Positions 60,106-64,000 of a DNA stretch of 64,000 nt are shown in pieces. Numbering within the stretch: position 1 is the first letter of the stretch; every line of letters starts with the position of its first letter. The notes under the pieces are model-generated. The model did no database searches. It was not told where the DNA came from and saw only the letters and a program-made list of their open reading frames with translations. The translations under genes and the position numbers were made by a program. Source of the stretch: Podarcis filfolensis (taxonomy: Eukaryota); NCBI GenBank assembly GCA_964270895.1, contig OZ185452.1; one strand, 5' to 3'.

Positions 60106-61564
60106 AATGGTTTAAGTCTATTAGTTAGAATATGCTCACATCAGTCACTCTATGCTGCTGATTTTTTCTTCAATTCAATTCCATTGCAAAGCATCAGGCA
60201 TAACCGAAAAATACACTTTCTTTTCCAAAGGCATTTAGCGTTCCATGTTCAGCTCCAGGCATTTCAGTTAAATAAAAGGGCATGGACAAATCTGGATGGA
60301 TTCAGTGGAGAAGCTACAGAAGGTTTTGAGAAGAAAAAGATGACCAATGAAGAAAAGTCAGGACTGCCCAGTGAACTAGACACTAGCCTCCCAGTTCTGG
60401 GCTCTGCCTTAGTCACTGCTTCTCTGCTTCCAACCTGAAAAACTTCAAGCAGAGCAGGTCCAAGTGGCAAGAAACATACGTACATGTGTTGAACGGTGCT
60501 GGAGTCCCACTGGGGTTGCCATTACCCAGCATGGCTCTAATCTCAGTGTTCGGTTCTTTGTTGAAAACAATAACATAAAAGTTCTGATTAAAGTATTTTA
60601 GAGCTCTACATGAGGATAGGCAAACTTTAATGGTAATAGAATATTGAGCCCTGCGATTTGTTTTGTGTACAAGAACTGAGATGAGCTTACAGTCCTTCTA
60701 TATCAAAACCCACTCCTGGTTACCCCAATGTCTTCATATCAGCAGTACAATTTAGGATGGGTGCTCAACAACTGGAGGCAATTTCATACCACTGCTGCAT
60801 TGCCAGTAGGATTCAATTGTATACCGGCAAAATGCACTGGAAAGTGTTGGGTTGAAGTTTGCTTGACACTGTATAACCTCCCCACAAACAAACCAGAATG
60901 AATATGCAATATGCAGCCTGCTTCTTATACCCTCCCTGTAAACTCTGGGCAAACAAATAAGAGGAAACGCTGAACAAACAGGTCGTTTGGAAGTGAGCAG
61001 CCTGCGAGTCAGAAACCCGGCAGTCACACAGAGCCCCTTCAGCAAAACCCAGATCAACCTTCGCCCTGAAAAACCCACGATGGGTGCGCGACCCCCCACC
61101 AGCTCGGCCTAGAAGCAACAGAAAAACCTCCCCAGGCAGAAACAAAACAAAAAAGTTGCGGAAAGAAACTCGGCCTCGAGTTCTCTCCGGCCCCGCACCA
61201 CCTTAAAGAGCCGTCTCCAAACCGCCACGCAGCCAGCAGGAAAACGCGCCCTCCCCCACAAGCAGCACACGCCTCGGCAGGCTCTATTTTGGGAATTGCC
61301 AAAAATAAAAAAGATCCAAAAATAAAGAAAGAAATCCGTCGGAAAGAGGGGATCTGAAGCCCCCGGACAGGAAAACGCGCACAATGGTTTGAGTGCGCGC
61401 CCAAGAGCCGGGCCAAGAGGGGAGCTTGGGGGTCCCGGCTGAACTTCCCCCCAACGCTACCCCTCGCCTGGAAAGGGGGGCGGGCGGGAGGCTACCTCTG
61501 CGGTTCGCGGTTCCAGCCAAGCCCGCCGGATCCCTCCCTCCCTCCCGGCCCTGCGGAGGAGCGG

Positions 61565-61574
61565 CTAATTTTAG
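61565..61574. promoter_or_regulatory. Candidate MEF2 binding site CTAATTTTAG
   Basis: Exact match to YTA(W)4TAR inside GC-rich DNA, 37 bp into intron 1. Confidence 0.5.
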
Positions 61575-61611
61575 CTCTCCAGTGGAAAGACTGGAGCGCA
61601 GCGGGACTCAC

Positions 61612-61950
61612 GGCGCGGGGCGGAGACGCGCGGGCGGCGGCGGCGGCCTTCCTTTCCACGTCTGCGCCTCGACGGCCCTGGATCGGGTCCGAGAGGCTAT
61701 TGCGGGAGCAGTTCGGGCAAGGCTCAGGCGCGCTCGGCTCTCGCCCTCCCTCCAAAGGCCAGCCTCGCCTCTCTCTCCTTCCTTGGCCCAGACCCTGCCC
61801 CGGGATGATGGCCCGGCCCGGGCTGGCTAAAGGGCAGCGACAGCTGCAGCGCCGCAGAGCGAGAGGCGAGGAGCGCACGCGGGCAGGACGTGGGGGGGGG
61901 GGGGGCTGGAGCAGCTGCCCGAAGCCAGCCGGGGCTCTCTCGCTTCCTTT
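61612..61950 (-). other. MEF2D: Probable non-coding exon 1 of MEF2D (5' end approximate)
   Basis: Best minus-strand donor in the island, CGCGCC/GTGAGT (intron starts 61611). TSS not determinable from sequence alone. Confidence 0.55.
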
Positions 61951-62149
61951 GTGGCCGAGAGGAGGAGGAGGAGGGAGGGAAGGCGCGCGCGTGTGCATGA
62001 GCCGGGTGGAAATTTGGCCGCCCTCTGGCTTTGGCAGGACGGGCTCCCCGAAAGGGATCTTGACATTTTGGTGGGAGAGGCGGACTCGTGGGCCCCCTCA
62101 GGAGAGACGGATCCTGGCCGGAATGTTTGGATTCCAGCGCACAGAAAAA

Positions 62150-62575
62150 CCCGTCGCAACATCAGGAGTGCCCTGCTGGATCAGGCCAAGGGCCCATCTA
62201 GCATCCTATTCTCACAGGGGCCCCTGAGATGCCTCAGTGGGAAACAGGGACCCACACACAAGCGCACTCTCCGCTTGCGGAGCTTCCAGCAACTAATATT
62301 CAGAAGCGTCTCCTCAATGAATGAACCCAGTCCTCTATTAATAGAACCATTATTAATTAATTAATAATCTATTAATAACAATCTATTAATAATAGCCACT
62401 CAAGTTGGTGGCCATCACCACCTCCTGCAGGAGTTCCAAAGTTTAACTATGTGCTGAGTGAAGTTCTTTCTTTTATCTGTACTTCATCTTCCACCATTCA
62501 GCCTCATTGGACGTCCACTAGTTCTAGTGTCATGAAAGAGGGAAATTACAAAAAAGGATGCACTTTCTCCAGGTA
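62150..62575 (-). mobile_element. CR1 3' fragment bordering the CpG island
   Basis: CCTGCTGGATCAGGCCAAGGGCCCATCTAG...CAAGTTGGTGGCCATCACC. Confidence 0.82.
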
Positions 62576-62989
62576 CACTCAGAAAACGAAAGGTGGGGGG
62601 CTGCACTTAAACAACACACCTGCTGCAATTCCAGCCAAACACACCACATGCATTGCTTTTTCTTAACTAACCTGTGCCATCATCTAAAATGGGAGGCTAT
62701 GGAAGCCGGGTGGGGGGGGAGACAAAGACCATCAAGGAATCCTCTTGGGGTGGCTACTGGATGTGGGATCGGGGACATTGTGTTTTGGCATTCCTATTCA
62801 TCCCTCACTGGCAAATTCCAGGTGGTGGTACTTTGCGAATTATTGCTCTGCTTCATGACATTTATGCTAGGCTGTATCACACAGATCAGTGTTGTCCTCC
62901 ACCGCTGAATGCTGTATACTGAATGCTGTATACTCCACCCATGTATCCTGAAGACACCCATCTCTTAGTTCCCTTTTTCATCAAATTCG

Positions 62990-63430
62990 GGGAATGCTGT
63001 TGGAAATTATGAACCAATGCTCAGCCAATAAGGTGAAACTCAGCCACGATAAGATGGAGATGCTGTGGGCAGCTGCTTTGTCCGATTTAGGAAACAGCTG
63101 TGCAGCATGTTCTGGATGGTGTTTCATCCAGACTTGCCCCTTGTGCGTGCTATTAAGACTCTCTTTCTACAGACCCCGGTAGCCTTGTTGGCACAAAGCA
63201 CCTTTCAGCAGCTTAGGTTGGTGTGCCACCTATGGACTATCCCAGATGAAGATAGCCTCCCATAGTATCCATGCTTGGAAACATACTTTGACTACTGCAA
63301 CATATCCAATGTGGGACTGCCCTTGAAGACTATGCTGAAATTGTAAGTTAAAACAAAAAGTAGCGGTGAGGCCTTTGGGACTGGCTGCATCAAATGCATC
63401 ACATCGGCCCTGAAAGGGTGCCTCTGGAGG
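62990..63430 (+). mobile_element. L2 LINE ORF2 fragment, decayed
   Basis: ANKVKLSHDKMEMLW ... AQSTFQQLRLV ... FDYCN..VGLPLKT match L2 RT C-terminal motifs. Confidence 0.8.
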
Positions 63431-63737
63431 ATGGAAAGATGAATGTGGGTGCAGAAGACCCTGACCTGTATGTGGCTGGAATGGAAAGGTAAGAATAACA
63501 TCCTTTTCCTCAGCCCTATTTTGGCACGTGGCCTTTGGGCTGAGAAAGTTCCATATCCCTACATTAAAGGAACTTGGGTGGTCCTGCTGCGAAAATCCCC
63601 ACCCACAAGCTGCCAGTCAGACAATTCTGGAGCCAATGGGCCTAGAGATGTCTGTTATCTCAGTGCTTCTGGCATTCCTATGATTTGCATCTCACTCATT
63701 TCCTTGGAGCAGGAAGAGCTCTCCAGTTGCCTCCAGG

Positions 63738-63850
63738 GGTGGGAAACCTCTGGTTCTCCAAATGTAGCTAGACTCCAGGTCCCAGCAGCCAGCATGGCCA
63801 ATGGTTGGGGGTTATTATGGAAGTTTGGAGTCCAGCTTCAAACATCGGCT
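63738..63850. mobile_element. Short hAT-type MITE
   Basis: GGGGTGGGAAACCTCTGG...CCAGCATGGCCAATGG...GGAGTCCAGCTTCAAACATC. Confidence 0.55.
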
Positions 63851-64000
63851 TGTTACAGCAGTAAGTGGTTAAGATTAACCACTGTTTAAGGTTTGAGCAT
63901 GGGTCACTTGCATGTTTTCTTCTAAGTGCTGTTACAGGCTGAAGGCTTAATTTCAGTTTTTCCAATGACTTTCTGCTTGTGGTTTTATGGTTGCGAACCA

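Larger units (their letters stand above)
61000..62200. promoter_or_regulatory. MEF2D: CpG island, MEF2D promoter region
   Basis: Only extended GC- and CpG-rich non-repeat segment in a CpG-depleted window; lies 5' of the gene on the minus strand. Confidence 0.85.

Noticed and set aside
61284-62364. Overlapping 110-175-aa ORFs in the GC-rich region
   Set aside because: Arg/Gly/Pro/Ala-rich frames on both strands are expected from stop-codon depletion in a CpG island; no recognisable domain.
62369-62392. Two MEF2-consensus matches CTATTAATAA
   Set aside because: They lie in an AT-rich slippage tract inside a CR1 copy, where chance matches are expected.

Overview
Vertebrate genomic DNA from a squamate reptile, most likely a lacertid lizard, judged from Sauria-type and Squam3-type SINEs. 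The window holds the 5' ~60 kb of MEF2D on the minus strand: a CpG-island promoter with a probable non-coding exon 1 (donor at 61612/61611), coding exon 2 (ATG at 39158; MGRKKIQIQRITDERNRQ), exon 3 (14521-14724; rest of the MADS box plus the MEF2 domain) and both mutually exclusive alpha exons (alpha1 2162-2299; muscle-type alpha2 1871-2005, which the ORF track misses). The gene continues beyond the left edge. The 22, 24 and 12 kb introns are packed with CR1, L2, L1 and RTE-X-like LINE fragments, three SINE families and pogo/Tigger-, Harbinger- and hAT-type MITEs, often nested. No second protein-coding gene, intact autonomous transposon, tRNA/rRNA gene or CRISPR array is supported. I cannot claim a new biological system. 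The best leads are (i) a readable steric, distant-branch-point architecture that could enforce alpha1/alpha2 exclusivity, with RBFOX, QKI and poly-C motifs nearby, (ii) an unclassified 775-bp L1-mobilised retroposon with a perfect 16-bp TSD, (iii) uORFs and a candidate autoregulatory MEF2 site, and (iv) several very young or minimal transposon insertions. Exon and TSD-defined coordinates were counted by hand; boundaries of decayed repeats are approximate, and repeat family names are by eye without a database search.
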